DNA of 64,000 nucleotides from Escherichia phage JS98. The translations under genes were made by a program, and so were the position numbers. Below, piece by piece: positions 39,391 to 47,814 of the stretch (its first letter is position 1; each line of letters opens with the position of its first letter). The notes beneath the pieces were generated by a model. It saw nothing but the letters and a program-made list of their open reading frames with translations, was not told the DNA's origin and searched no databases. The stretch lies in the sequence record NC_010105.1. One strand, 5' to 3'.

Positions 39391-40206
39391 ATGCTTAAAG
39401 AACAACTGATCGCCGAAGCACAGAATATTGATGCTTCCGTTGCTCTTGACAGTATTTTCGAATCAGTTAATATTTCTCCGGAAGCAAAAGAAACTTTCGG
39501 CACTGTATTCGAAGCTACCGTCAAGCAACACGCCGTTAAACTGGCTGAATCTCACATCGCTAAAATCGCTGAAAAAGCGGAAGAAGAAGTTGAGAAAAAT
39601 AAAGAAGAAGCTGAAGAAAAAGCTGATAAGAAAATCCAAGAAGCTGCCGGTCGTTTCCTTGACCACGTCGCTAAAGAATGGATGGCTGAAAACCAGCTGG
39701 CTGTTGATAAAGGTATTAAAGCCGAACTGTTCGAATCCATGTTGATGGGTATGAAAGAACTGTTTGTTGAACACAATGTGGTTGTTCCAGAAGAAGCAGT
39801 GGATGTTGTTGCTGAAATGGAAGAAGAACTCCAAGAGCAGAAAGATGAAACCGCTCGTCTGTTCGAAGAAGTTGGTAAGCGTGATGCATATATTAATTAC
39901 GTACAGCGTGAAGTTGCGTTGACTGAAGCAACTAAAGACCTGACTGAATCTCAGAAAGAAAAAGTTAGTTCTCTGGTAGAAGGCATGGATTATTCCGATG
40001 CATTTGGTAAAAAAATTGGCGCTATCGTTGAAATGGTTAAAGGCCAGACTGACGTTGAAAAACCAATCACCGAAGCCGCTATAAATAAAACTGAAGACGA
40101 TGCTGCAGCACTGAATTATATTTCGGAAGCAGTTGAAGAAAAAGGCACTAAGCCTACCCTGTCCTTCGCGGACCTGTCTGCAATCGCAGCATCTCGAATT
40201 TCTTAA
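39391..40206 (+). CDS. 22: gp22 prohead scaffolding core protein
   Basis: Synteny. Highly charged helical Glu/Lys/Ala-rich sequence. TATAAATA at 39356-39363. Confidence 0.9.
   Translation: MLKEQLIAEAQNIDASVALDSIFESVNISPEAKETFGTVFEATVKQHAVKLAESHIAKIAEKAEEEVEKNKEEAEEKADKKIQEAAGRFLDHVAKEWMAENQLAVDKGIKAELFESMLMGMKELFVEHNVVVPEEAVDVVAEMEEELQEQKDETARLFEEVGKRDAYINYVQREVALTEATKDLTESQKEKVSSLVEGMDYSDAFGKKIGAIVEMVKGQTDVEKPITEAAINKTEDDAAALNYISEAVEEKGTKPTLSFADLSAIAASRIS
40080..40087 (+). promoter_or_regulatory. late promoter TATAAATA inside the 3' end of gene 22 (gene 23)
   Basis: Exact octamer about 140 nt upstream of the gene 23 ATG. Confidence 0.55.
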
Positions 40207-40227
40207 TTTAATAAGGTTATACAACAC

Positions 40228-41787
40228 ATGAAAAAGAATGCATTAGTTCAAAAATGGTCCGCTCTGCTGGAAAACGAAGCTCTTCCTGAAATCGTTGGTG
40301 CTTCTAAACAAGCTATCATCGCTAAAATTTTCGAAAACCAGGAACAAGACATCCTGACTGCTCCAGAATATCGTGACGAAAAAATCTCCGAAGCATTTGG
40401 TTCTTTCCTGACTGAAGCTGAAATCGGTGGTGACCACGGTTATGATGCTACCAATATCGCAGCTGGCCAGACTTCTGGTGCTGTAACTCAGATTGGGCCG
40501 GCAGTAATGGGTATGGTTCGTCGTGCTATTCCTCATCTGATTGCTTTTGATATTTGTGGTGTTCAGCCTCTGAATAACCCTACCGGTCAGGTATTTGCAC
40601 TGCGTGCAGTATATGGTAAAGACCCTATCGCTGCAGGCGCTAAAGAAGCTTTCCATCCGATGTATGCTCCGAACGCTATGTTCTCTGGTCAGGGTGCTGC
40701 TGAAACTTTCGAAGCACTGGCTGCAAGCAAAGTTCTGGAAGTTGGTAAAATTTATTCTCACTTCTTCGAAGCTACCGGTTCTGCACACTTCCAGGCTGTT
40801 GAAGCTGTAACCGTTGATGCAGGCGCTACTGATGCCGCTAAACTGGATGCTGCTGTTACCGCTCTGGTTGAAGCTGGTCAGCTGGCTGAAATCGCTGAAG
40901 GTATGGCTACTTCTATCGCAGAACTTCAGGAAGGTTTCAACGGTTCTACCGATAACCCGTGGAACGAAATGGGCTTCCGCATCGACAAACAAGTTATCGA
41001 AGCTAAATCTCGTCAGCTGAAAGCAAGCTACTCTATCGAACTGGCACAGGACCTTCGTGCAGTACACGGTATGGATGCAGATGCTGAACTGTCCGGTATC
41101 CTTGCTACCGAAATTATGCTCGAAATCAACCGTGAAGTTATCGATTGGATTAACTACTCTGCACAGGTTGGTAAATCTGGTATGACCAACACCGTTGGCG
41201 CTAAAGCTGGTGTGTTTGACTTCCAGGACCCGATTGATATCCGTGGTGCTCGTTGGGCCGGTGAGAGCTTTAAAGCCCTTCTGTTCCAGATTGATAAAGA
41301 AGCAGCCGAAATCGCTCGTCAGACCGGTCGTGGTGCTGGTAACTTCATCATCGCTTCCCGTAACGTAGTTAACGTACTGGCTGCAGTTGATACTTCTGTA
41401 AGTTATGCAGCTCAAGGTCTGGGTCAGGGTTTCAACGTTGACACAACCAAAGCAGTATTTGCCGGTGTTCTTGGTGGTAAATATCGTGTTTACATCGACC
41501 AGTATGCTCGTTCCGATTACTTCACCATCGGTTATAAAGGTTCCAACGAAATGGACGCAGGTATCTACTATGCTCCGTACGTTGCGCTGACTCCGCTGCG
41601 TGGTTCCGATCCGAAGAACTTCCAACCGGTAATGGGCTTCAAAACTCGTTACGGTATCGGTATTAACCCGTTCGCTGACCCAGCTGCTCAGGCGCCTACC
41701 AAACGTATTCAGAATGGTATGCCTGACATCGTTAACAGCCTCGGTCTGAATGGTTACTTCCGTCGCGTATATGTTAAAGGTATCTAA
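40228..41787 (+). CDS. 23: gp23 major capsid protein
   Basis: Very long identical blocks to T4 gp23 (SKQAIIAKIFENQE, FGSFLTEAEIGGDHGY, GAVTQIGPAVMGMVRRAIP, the end YFRRVYVKGI). Confidence 0.99.
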   Translation: MKKNALVQKWSALLENEALPEIVGASKQAIIAKIFENQEQDILTAPEYRDEKISEAFGSFLTEAEIGGDHGYDATNIAAGQTSGAVTQIGPAVMGMVRRAIPHLIAFDICGVQPLNNPTGQVFALRAVYGKDPIAAGAKEAFHPMYAPNAMFSGQGAAETFEALAASKVLEVGKIYSHFFEATGSAHFQAVEAVTVDAGATDAAKLDAAVTALVEAGQLAEIAEGMATSIAELQEGFNGSTDNPWNEMGFRIDKQVIEAKSRQLKASYSIELAQDLRAVHGMDADAELSGILATEIMLEINREVIDWINYSAQVGKSGMTNTVGAKAGVFDFQDPIDIRGARWAGESFKALLFQIDKEAAEIARQTGRGAGNFIIASRNVVNVLAAVDTSVSYAAQGLGQGFNVDTTKAVFAGVLGGKYRVYIDQYARSDYFTIGYKGSNEMDAGIYYAPYVALTPLRGSDPKNFQPVMGFKTRYGIGINPFADPAAQAPTKRIQNGMPDIVNSLGLNGYFRRVYVKGI

Positions 41788-41800
41788 TATACACCTTATT

Positions 41801-41830
41801 ATGGGAGACTTCGGTCTCCCATTCTTGTTT
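41801..41830 (+). terminator. rho-independent terminator after gene 23
   Basis: ATGGGAGAC-TTCG-GTCTCCCAT, then TCTTGTTTC. Confidence 0.75.
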
Positions 41831-41835
41831 CTATA

Positions 41836-42102
41836 CTATGCAATCTTAACACGACGGTTGATGATATCACGGAAGTCAATACGATTTTCTTGGATTTTCA
41901 GCCAGTTACCAGATTTGTCTTTGGTATGGGTAGAGTATTCACCGTTCCACCAGAAGTCGGTAGCATAAGCCATGGCTTCGTATTTCTTAACTAGTGCATT
42001 CACTGCATTACCGTTAGGATTGGAACCATATTTTTCTACCAGGGCTTTGATGTCTTTATCAAGAGCGGAAAGAGTAGTACGAATAAAGTTTAACTTGTTC
42101 AT
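41836..42102 (-). CDS. hypothetical early protein (88 aa) inserted antisense between 23 and 24
   Basis: Start set to ATG 42102 (GAGGAGATTAAAA leader), behind early promoter 42132-42160. Occupies the T4 segD position but has no endonuclease motifs. Confidence 0.55.
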   Translation of the reverse strand: MNKLNFIRTTLSALDKDIKALVEKYGSNPNGNAVNALVKKYEAMAYATDFWWNGEYSTHTKDKSGNWLKIQENRIDFRDIINRRVKIA

Positions 42103-42131
42103 TTTTAATCTCCTCATGTTTTGATAGGTCT

Positions 42132-42160
42132 ATAGTAACATGTGATAACCTTGCTGTAAA
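42132..42160 (-). promoter_or_regulatory. T4-type early promoter (same cassette family)
   Basis: Minus strand GTTTACA-17 nt-TACTAT, then AGACCTATCAAAACATGAGGAG. Confidence 0.65.
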
Positions 42161-42167
42161 CAACTTT

Positions 42168-42175
42168 TATAAATA
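42168..42175 (+). promoter_or_regulatory. late promoter TATAAATA (gene 24)
   Basis: Exact octamer 29 nt upstream of the ATG at 42204. Confidence 0.75.
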
Positions 42176-42203
42176 AACATATACCCTCAATAAGGAAAGC
42201 GCA

Positions 42204-43484
42204 ATGGCAAAGATTAACGAATTACTGCGCGAGTCAACAACTACTTCTAGCAACTCATTGGGTCGCCCTAATCTTGTTGCTTTGACCCGTGCTACAACCA
42301 AATTGATTTACCGTGATATTATTGCTGAACAACGTACTAGCCAGCCTATTGCTGCATTGTATGGTGTCAAATATCTTACTCCTGATAATGAATTTAGCTT
42401 CCAAACTGGTGCCGTTTATGGCGGTGAAGTTGGTTCTAAAGACCGTGAAACTATCCCAGAACTCACAGATAAGGCCCAGGCTATTGCCAAGGGTGAATAT
42501 TTCAAGTATCAGAACATAGTTTATAAGGCTCTTCAAGCAAGCCCACTCGCATCCACTAGCGCTACAGAATTGGCTGAGGCCCTTCAAGAAGGTTTGGTGT
42601 CATTAACATGTCGTCTGGTTCCTGATGCGGCTCACACAGAGAAATTCGAAGCAGGTGATGTTGAAATTAGTAATGCAGTATTCCAGGTTAATAAATGGAA
42701 CGCACCTGTTAAGTCTCGTAAACTTAAAACCGCTTTGACTGTAGAACTAGCCCAAGACATGGAATCCAATGGCTTTGACGCCCCTGCGTTCTTAGAAGAC
42801 CTTTTAGCCACTGTAATGGCTGATGAAATCAATAAAGACGTACTACAATCCTTGATTACCGTATCTAAACGTTACAAAGTAACTGGTGTATCTGATAATG
42901 GTATTATTGATTTGTCCTATAATTCCGCCCCAGAAAGTGCACGTAAATTATATGAAATGGTTTGTGAGATGAATTCTGAAATTCAGAAAACCACTTCTTA
43001 TTCAGGTACGTTTGTTGTCGCATCTAGTCGTGCTGCTGCTATGCTCGCTGGTTCAGGTTGGTTGAAACATAAACCAGAAGATGAAGCTTGGCTCCCAGAA
43101 ACTGCTTACGGTTATTTGATTAATGGATTGCCTGTATTCTGTGATGTTAATAGTCCTTTAGATTATGTTATCGTAGGCGTTAAAGAAGATTACGGCGGTA
43201 ATGAAGTAGTTGGTTCTATTTTCTATGCTCCATATACCGAAGGTCTGGATTTAGACGACCAAGAACATGTTGGTGCGTATAAAGTTATTGTAGACCCTGA
43301 TAGTTTACAACCGGCTATTTCTCTGATGGTTCGTTATGCACTTTCAGCAAACCCATATACCGTTGCTAAAGATGATAAAGAAGCTCGTGTTATAGACGCA
43401 ACTAATATGGATTTAATGGCAGGTCAGAGTAACATGTCTTATCTGCTTGGTGTTAAACTTCCTCCGATTATTTACGAGGCATAA
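42204..43484 (+). CDS. 24: gp24 capsid vertex protein (T4-orthologous copy)
   Basis: MAKINELLRESTTT.SNS.GRPNLVALTRATTKLIY and many further blocks match T4 gp24. Confidence 0.96.
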   Translation: MAKINELLRESTTTSSNSLGRPNLVALTRATTKLIYRDIIAEQRTSQPIAALYGVKYLTPDNEFSFQTGAVYGGEVGSKDRETIPELTDKAQAIAKGEYFKYQNIVYKALQASPLASTSATELAEALQEGLVSLTCRLVPDAAHTEKFEAGDVEISNAVFQVNKWNAPVKSRKLKTALTVELAQDMESNGFDAPAFLEDLLATVMADEINKDVLQSLITVSKRYKVTGVSDNGIIDLSYNSAPESARKLYEMVCEMNSEIQKTTSYSGTFVVASSRAAAMLAGSGWLKHKPEDEAWLPETAYGYLINGLPVFCDVNSPLDYVIVGVKEDYGGNEVVGSIFYAPYTEGLDLDDQEHVGAYKVIVDPDSLQPAISLMVRYALSANPYTVAKDDKEARVIDATNMDLMAGQSNMSYLLGVKLPPIIYEA

Positions 43485-44768
43485 ATGAAAAAGATTAATG
43501 CATTAATACAAGAATCAACTTTGACGGCGGCCAACCAGGTCGCCCGTCCTAATCTTCTTTCATATACCCAGGCAACTAATAAAAGAATTTTTAAAGCCCT
43601 TGTTGCTGAACAAAAAACTACTCAACCTGTTGCAGCATTATATGGTGTCCGTGTTTTAAACCCAGACGATAAAATGACTTATCTCGGCGGAGCCACTTTT
43701 GCAGGCGAAATTGGTATGTTCGAACGTAAAAACATTCCTGAGTTCACCGATAAAGACGAAGCATATGCTGTTGGCGATATGTTCCAATTCGAAAGTGTGG
43801 TTTTCAAGGTATTAGAAGCTTCTCCGTTTGCAGGAACAACTGAAACCGATTTGAGTGAAGTTATTTCAGAAGCTATTGCCGCGGGCCATATTCGTATGAT
43901 GTCTGATGCAGCCTTTACCAATAAATTTGAAAAAGGTCATCCTGAGATTGCTGAAGCAGGGTTCCGTATTGATAAGTGGCAGACTGAAGTTAAATCGCGT
44001 AAACTTAAAACTTCTTTGACTGTGGAACTGGCCCAGGATTTAGAATCCAACGGGTTTAATGCACCGGACTTTATAGACAATATTTTGGCTATTCAAATGG
44101 CTGAAGAAATTAATAAAGACGTATTACAGTCCTTAATTACAGTAAGTTCTCGTTTTAAAGTCCAAGGAGTTTCTGAGAAAGGTGTCTTGAACTTAACAGA
44201 CCCACAATACGATAACGCCCAAGACCGAGCACGTACCTTGTATTACTATATGTGTGAAATGAATTCTGCTGTTCAACGCCAGACTTCGTTTGCAGGTACT
44301 TATGCAGTAGCTTCTTCTCGCTGCGCTGCTATTTTAGCTGCATCCGGTTGGGTTGAGAAAAAAGAAGACCAAGACGAATTAGCTTATGGCGTATTAAAGA
44401 ACGGTCTACCACTTTATGCTGATATGAACAGCCCGTGTGATTATGTTATTGTCGGTGTAAATGCTCAGATGGGTGAAGGGCAGACGGTCGCATCTTTGTA
44501 TTATGCGCCTTATACGGAAGGGCTCGAAGAGGTTGATGATGAAGGTGATACTTCAGTAGGTGAATTCAAGGTTATTGTAGACCCGGATTCATTGCAACCT
44601 ACCATATCTTTATTGGCTCGGTATGCATTGACTGCGAATCCTTATACCGTCGCTAAAGACGACAAAGAAGCTCGTATTATTGATGGTGCGGATATGGACA
44701 AAATGGCTAATCAAAGTCAATTGAGTTCTTATCTTGGTGTAAAACTTCCTCCATTGGATAAAAACTAA
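43485..44768 (+). CDS. gp24 paralog (second, divergent capsid vertex protein)
   Basis: Full-length collinear similarity to the preceding gene (KSRKLKT.LTVELAQD.ESNGF, EINKDVLQSLITVS, KVIVDPDSLQP, ANPYTVAKDDKEAR), with roughly half the positions differing. Confidence 0.9.
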   Translation: MKKINALIQESTLTAANQVARPNLLSYTQATNKRIFKALVAEQKTTQPVAALYGVRVLNPDDKMTYLGGATFAGEIGMFERKNIPEFTDKDEAYAVGDMFQFESVVFKVLEASPFAGTTETDLSEVISEAIAAGHIRMMSDAAFTNKFEKGHPEIAEAGFRIDKWQTEVKSRKLKTSLTVELAQDLESNGFNAPDFIDNILAIQMAEEINKDVLQSLITVSSRFKVQGVSEKGVLNLTDPQYDNAQDRARTLYYYMCEMNSAVQRQTSFAGTYAVASSRCAAILAASGWVEKKEDQDELAYGVLKNGLPLYADMNSPCDYVIVGVNAQMGEGQTVASLYYAPYTEGLEEVDDEGDTSVGEFKVIVDPDSLQPTISLLARYALTANPYTVAKDDKEARIIDGADMDKMANQSQLSSYLGVKLPPLDKN

Positions 44769-44790
44769 AAAGGGACCTTACGGTCCCTTT
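44769..44790. terminator. bidirectional terminator between the 24 paralog and rnlB
   Basis: AAAGGGACC-TTAC-GGTCCCTTT, with T-runs on both strands. Confidence 0.75.
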
Positions 44791-44796
44791 GTCGTC

Positions 44797-45801
44797 TTAT
44801 GACACTAATTCAATCCATACGGCTCGTAAGGTATCTTTTACGCACTCAACGAGCTGCTTTTTAACTTCAACAGGATTTTCGGCATCAGTTAATTCTAATT
44901 CTTCACGGGCAGCTTCTTCAAGGATATCTTGAACTGTCAAGCCCATTACCTTTCCAAAATCCTTTTTAGATACTTCACCAATCTTACTGATGACATTATT
45001 AATGCGGTTAACAGTCACATAATCAGTGAATTGCCACATCAAATCCATATCATCTTGGGATAAAACCACTGCAGCTTTAATAGGCTTATCAGACTTTTTC
45101 TTCTCGCTGAATTTAGAGTTCTTACATTTAATCGCTACACGATTTCCATTAGGAAGCCAGGTAGGAATATCAGGTTTAAGTACAAAGCCTTCAGCCGTGA
45201 ATACTTTACCTTCTACCTTAGGAATAAAGTCTGTCGAGTTTGCAATAGTTAAGCCAGCGTTATCCACCGCAAAATTGTAATCTGGGATAACAGAATCAAA
45301 ATCATTAGGAAGTTTAATAAGGTCTTCAAAGCTACCAGTAGCCAAACATGGAGCTACCTTAAACTTATGGATAATACAGAAGGCTTCCATCAATGTATCG
45401 GTTAGAACAGATTCAGTGCCATCTTCCTTAGTAACTCGGATATCGAACACATAAAAGTCTTTATCACCGTAGTCCACATTCTTCTGGATACCTGGCCCAG
45501 CTAATTCGCCATAAATCTGGTATGACTGGTAATTAATCGATTCAATTAGATGTTGAACAGATTTAATAGAATCAGCGTAGTTCTTGAGTACAATTTCATA
45601 ACCATAGAAATCTTCAGCAGGGAGGATAGGGCCAGTGCGCTTGGCGCATGTGACTGCGTCACGTTCTATGATTAAACTAAAGTTGGTTCCATGAATCTTC
45701 TCACGTGCTACCCATTCACCACCAGTCAAACCGTTAGTACGGAGTTTTTCGATAAACTTACTGTTGTAGTGGTTTTCGAGACTGCTATATTTCTTGAACA
45801 T
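44797..45801 (-). CDS. rnlB: RNA ligase 2
   Basis: [20 protein letters not shown]...[10 protein letters not shown] contains the nucleotidyl-transferase motif I KxHG. 334 aa. Synteny after 24. Confidence 0.92.
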   Translation of the reverse strand: MFKKYSSLENHYNSKFIEKLRTNGLTGGEWVAREKIHGTNFSLIIERDAVTCAKRTGPILPAEDFYGYEIVLKNYADSIKSVQHLIESINYQSYQIYGELAGPGIQKNVDYGDKDFYVFDIRVTKEDGTESVLTDTLMEAFCIIHKFKVAPCLATGSFEDLIKLPNDFDSVIPDYNFAVDNAGLTIANSTDFIPKVEGKVFTAEGFVLKPDIPTWLPNGNRVAIKCKNSKFSEKKKSDKPIKAAVVLSQDDMDLMWQFTDYVTVNRINNVISKIGEVSKKDFGKVMGLTVQDILEEAAREELELTDAENPVEVKKQLVECVKDTLRAVWIELVS

Positions 45802-45887
45802 AAATCACCATAATAAATATAATTAAATAGAAGAGCTAGTAGTCTTCTGTCACCAAGCCAAATGGTTTAACGGAAGGACCTAGACCC

Positions 45888-45913
45888 ATTATAACACACC
45901 TAAATTTAAAGCA
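45888..45913 (-). promoter_or_regulatory. MotA-box middle promoter for rnlB
   Basis: Minus strand TGCTTTA-13 nt-TATAAT (with TGTGT upstream), followed by GGGTCTAGG. Confidence 0.6.
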
Positions 45914-45915
45914 TA

Positions 45916-46125
45916 TTAATTTGAACTAGAACGCGCTTTGCGCCGAACCTTGTTGTTCAATCTTTTACGATAAACAATCTTTTCTTTCGCTTTAAATTTG
46001 GCCTTGGCTTGTTCTACATCAACCCATGCTTTGGCCATGTCCTTAGCGGTCCCGCCCATTTTTTTAGCAATTTCTATAAAATTCAACCCAGATTCGTGTA
46101 AAAAATGTACTTTAACCTTATCCAT
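45916..46125 (-). CDS. small basic protein, possible helix-turn-helix (69 aa)
   Basis: ORF track. LNFIEIAKKMGGTAKDMAKAW is HTH-like and the tail is Lys/Arg-rich. Early promoter 46156-46184. Confidence 0.5.
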   Translation of the reverse strand: MDKVKVHFLHESGLNFIEIAKKMGGTAKDMAKAWVDVEQAKAKFKAKEKIVYRKRLNNKVRRKARSSSN

Positions 46126-46155
46126 AACAATTCTCTCGTTGAGTCGGTAAAACTC

Positions 46156-46184
46156 ATCTTAACATAGAATTTTTAACTTGTAAA
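46156..46184 (-). promoter_or_regulatory. T4-type early promoter
   Basis: Minus strand GTTTACA-17 nt-TAAGAT. Confidence 0.55.
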
Positions 46185-46211
46185 CAGGAATTTTGTACTT
46201 TAATGCAAAAT

Positions 46212-46225
46212 GGGCCTTGCGGCCC
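46212..46225 (-). terminator. rho-independent terminator after hoc
   Basis: GGGCC-GCAA-GGCCC, then ATTTTGC on the minus strand. Confidence 0.6.
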
Positions 46226-46229
46226 TTAA

Positions 46230-47078
46230 TTAATAAACGTAATCGTATATAATACCAGCTTCTAAAGCGGTGCGATGAATAATTCGTCCATTACGAGATT
46301 CTTGTACATCAACCTCCGGATAATCGGTAATCATTTTTTGAAGTGTATATCGGTGCAAATAATACGGGCTATCTGGGTCATCAGTTTTCCAGTCTTGTCC
46401 GGCAAGAGTCATTTTCTGAATTTCATCCATAACCCACCAACCACACCAGATATAAGCTGAATTACGTACTGGCAATGGATGAACGTAAGGTAATTCGCCA
46501 TCTGGAACAGGTGCGACTTTAGCTGTGACTGTTACATTACCAGTTTTTGTGACAGTTGCCTGGTTATAATCTGTAGCAGATACAACAACAGAAACTTCAA
46601 TTAACTGGGAACCTTCGGCGCTTGTGTCGATTGCTAAAGTATCCGTGGTGCCAACTACAGGAGAACCGTCTTTCTTCCAAGAATAGGCAAAAGTAGCACC
46701 AGCAGGCGCACCGGCTACAGTAGCTTTAAAAGAAGCCGGAGTTCCTTCAGGAACATTAATTGATTCTGGGGTTAATGTAACAGAAACACCTGACATTGTT
46801 TTATTCTGGATAGTTAAAGTTGTCTCAGCCTCAGCAGTTTCCGGTTCACCGTCTGCCGGAGTGGTAGTTGCAACAACTTTAATAGTCTTACTGCCTGCTG
46901 GACCAACAGCGACATAAGCCATTGCTGCAGTTACAGAAGATTGAGGAACGCCATCAACGGTCCAGACAAATGATTCGGTACCTTCAGCTGCAGCACCGGA
47001 ACCAGTCGCAGTGAAATTGGTTGTTGCTCCAATAACGGCCGTAGCCGCCAAAGGAGCAATATCTACGGTATAAGCCAT
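46230..47078 (-). CDS. hoc: Hoc head outer capsid decoration protein (short form)
   Basis: C-terminal block GELPYVHPLP.R.SAYIWCGWWVMDEIQKMT...YYLHRYTLQKM is nearly identical to T4 Hoc. Ig-like repeats at the N-terminus. Confidence 0.93.
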   Translation of the reverse strand: MAYTVDIAPLAATAVIGATTNFTATGSGAAAEGTESFVWTVDGVPQSSVTAAMAYVAVGPAGSKTIKVVATTTPADGEPETAEAETTLTIQNKTMSGVSVTLTPESINVPEGTPASFKATVAGAPAGATFAYSWKKDGSPVVGTTDTLAIDTSAEGSQLIEVSVVVSATDYNQATVTKTGNVTVTAKVAPVPDGELPYVHPLPVRNSAYIWCGWWVMDEIQKMTLAGQDWKTDDPDSPYYLHRYTLQKMITDYPEVDVQESRNGRIIHRTALEAGIIYDYVY

Positions 47079-47087
47079 AATAAACCC

Positions 47088-47759
47088 TTATTTTAAAGTG
47101 ATAAAAGATGAGTTACGAGTTTCTCGTACTAGAACAGACCCATTACGATTGATGTAATAAATCAAGCTGAATAGCGTTTGGTGTGCGGTAGGATGTTGGA
47201 AACTGGTTGGACGTTCTTTCCAGTCCGGAGTCTCAGAAATCCACTGATAAATCCACCATGGAACAGTACAGAATCCAGGGTTCTTACCGATAAGCAAAAG
47301 ATTAGGACTGAAGTTTTCGGGTAAAGAGAACACAGGTTTTTCCGATTCAATAACCTTGGTTACAGCCTCTTTGAATTTCTCTTCGACAAACGGGACATCC
47401 TCTTCAATAATCTCTACCTTAGGAAGTTCGGCTACCTCTATTACTTCAACAACCGCCTCAGGAGCATCGAACAGCACGGTTGCTTCTTCTTTAGCTGGTT
47501 CTGCACCTTCGATAAAATCGTTATCACCGGTGAGTTCGTCAGCAGCATCAATCAAATCAGAAATAGACAAACCTTCGGTTTCTGGGAGTGGTTCGTCAGC
47601 CAAGGCTTTAAGCCCTTCAGAGATATCGATAATCAAATTATCAAACGAACGGGTTTTCTTAAGTTTTAAACCGAACTGTTCGCCGTATTCGATTAACTTA
47701 GCTTTAGCTTCTTTTTTATCTTCGAGTGCACGAAGCTCTTCAATATATTGAGTATCCAT
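47088..47759 (-). CDS. inh: Inh-like inhibitor of prohead protease
   Basis: Synteny between hoc and uvsW, size, acidic sequence, and a late promoter at 47793-47800. Confidence 0.7.
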   Translation of the reverse strand: MDTQYIEELRALEDKKEAKAKLIEYGEQFGLKLKKTRSFDNLIIDISEGLKALADEPLPETEGLSISDLIDAADELTGDNDFIEGAEPAKEEATVLFDAPEAVVEVIEVAELPKVEIIEEDVPFVEEKFKEAVTKVIESEKPVFSLPENFSPNLLLIGKNPGFCTVPWWIYQWISETPDWKERPTSFQHPTAHQTLFSLIYYINRNGSVLVRETRNSSFITLK

Positions 47760-47778
47760 AATTAGTCTCTTGTTGGTG

Positions 47779-47786
47779 TATAAATA
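47779..47786 (+). promoter_or_regulatory. late promoter TATAAATA (uvsW)
   Basis: Exact octamer 29 nt upstream of the ATG at 47815. Confidence 0.7.
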
Positions 47787-47792
47787 TAGTTA

Positions 47793-47800
47793 TATTTATA
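47793..47800 (-). promoter_or_regulatory. late promoter TATAAATA (inh-hoc)
   Basis: Exact octamer on the minus strand, 33 nt upstream of the ATG at 47759. Confidence 0.65.
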
Positions 47801-47814
47801 ACTGAGAATTACTT

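Noticed and set aside
39463-40227. 254-aa minus-strand ORF and other frames inside gene 22
   Set aside because: It is antisense to, or out of frame with, the GAA/AAA-rich scaffold gene. The Phe/Ser-rich translation is a compositional artefact.
40243-41625. 460-aa minus-strand ORF
   Set aside because: It is antisense to the unmistakable gp23 major capsid gene. Stop-poor antisense frames are expected in highly codon-biased genes. The translation is low-complexity with no start signals.
41788-42203. Expected homing endonuclease or mobile element at the T4 segD position, and elsewhere in the window
   Set aside because: No GIY-YIG, HNH or LAGLIDADG motifs, integrase, transposase or intron-like structure were seen. 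The spacer holds only an 88-aa orphan ORF.
47356-47751. 131-aa plus-strand Ser-rich ORF
   Set aside because: It is antisense to inh (GAA/GAT-rich acidic gene) and is a compositional artefact.
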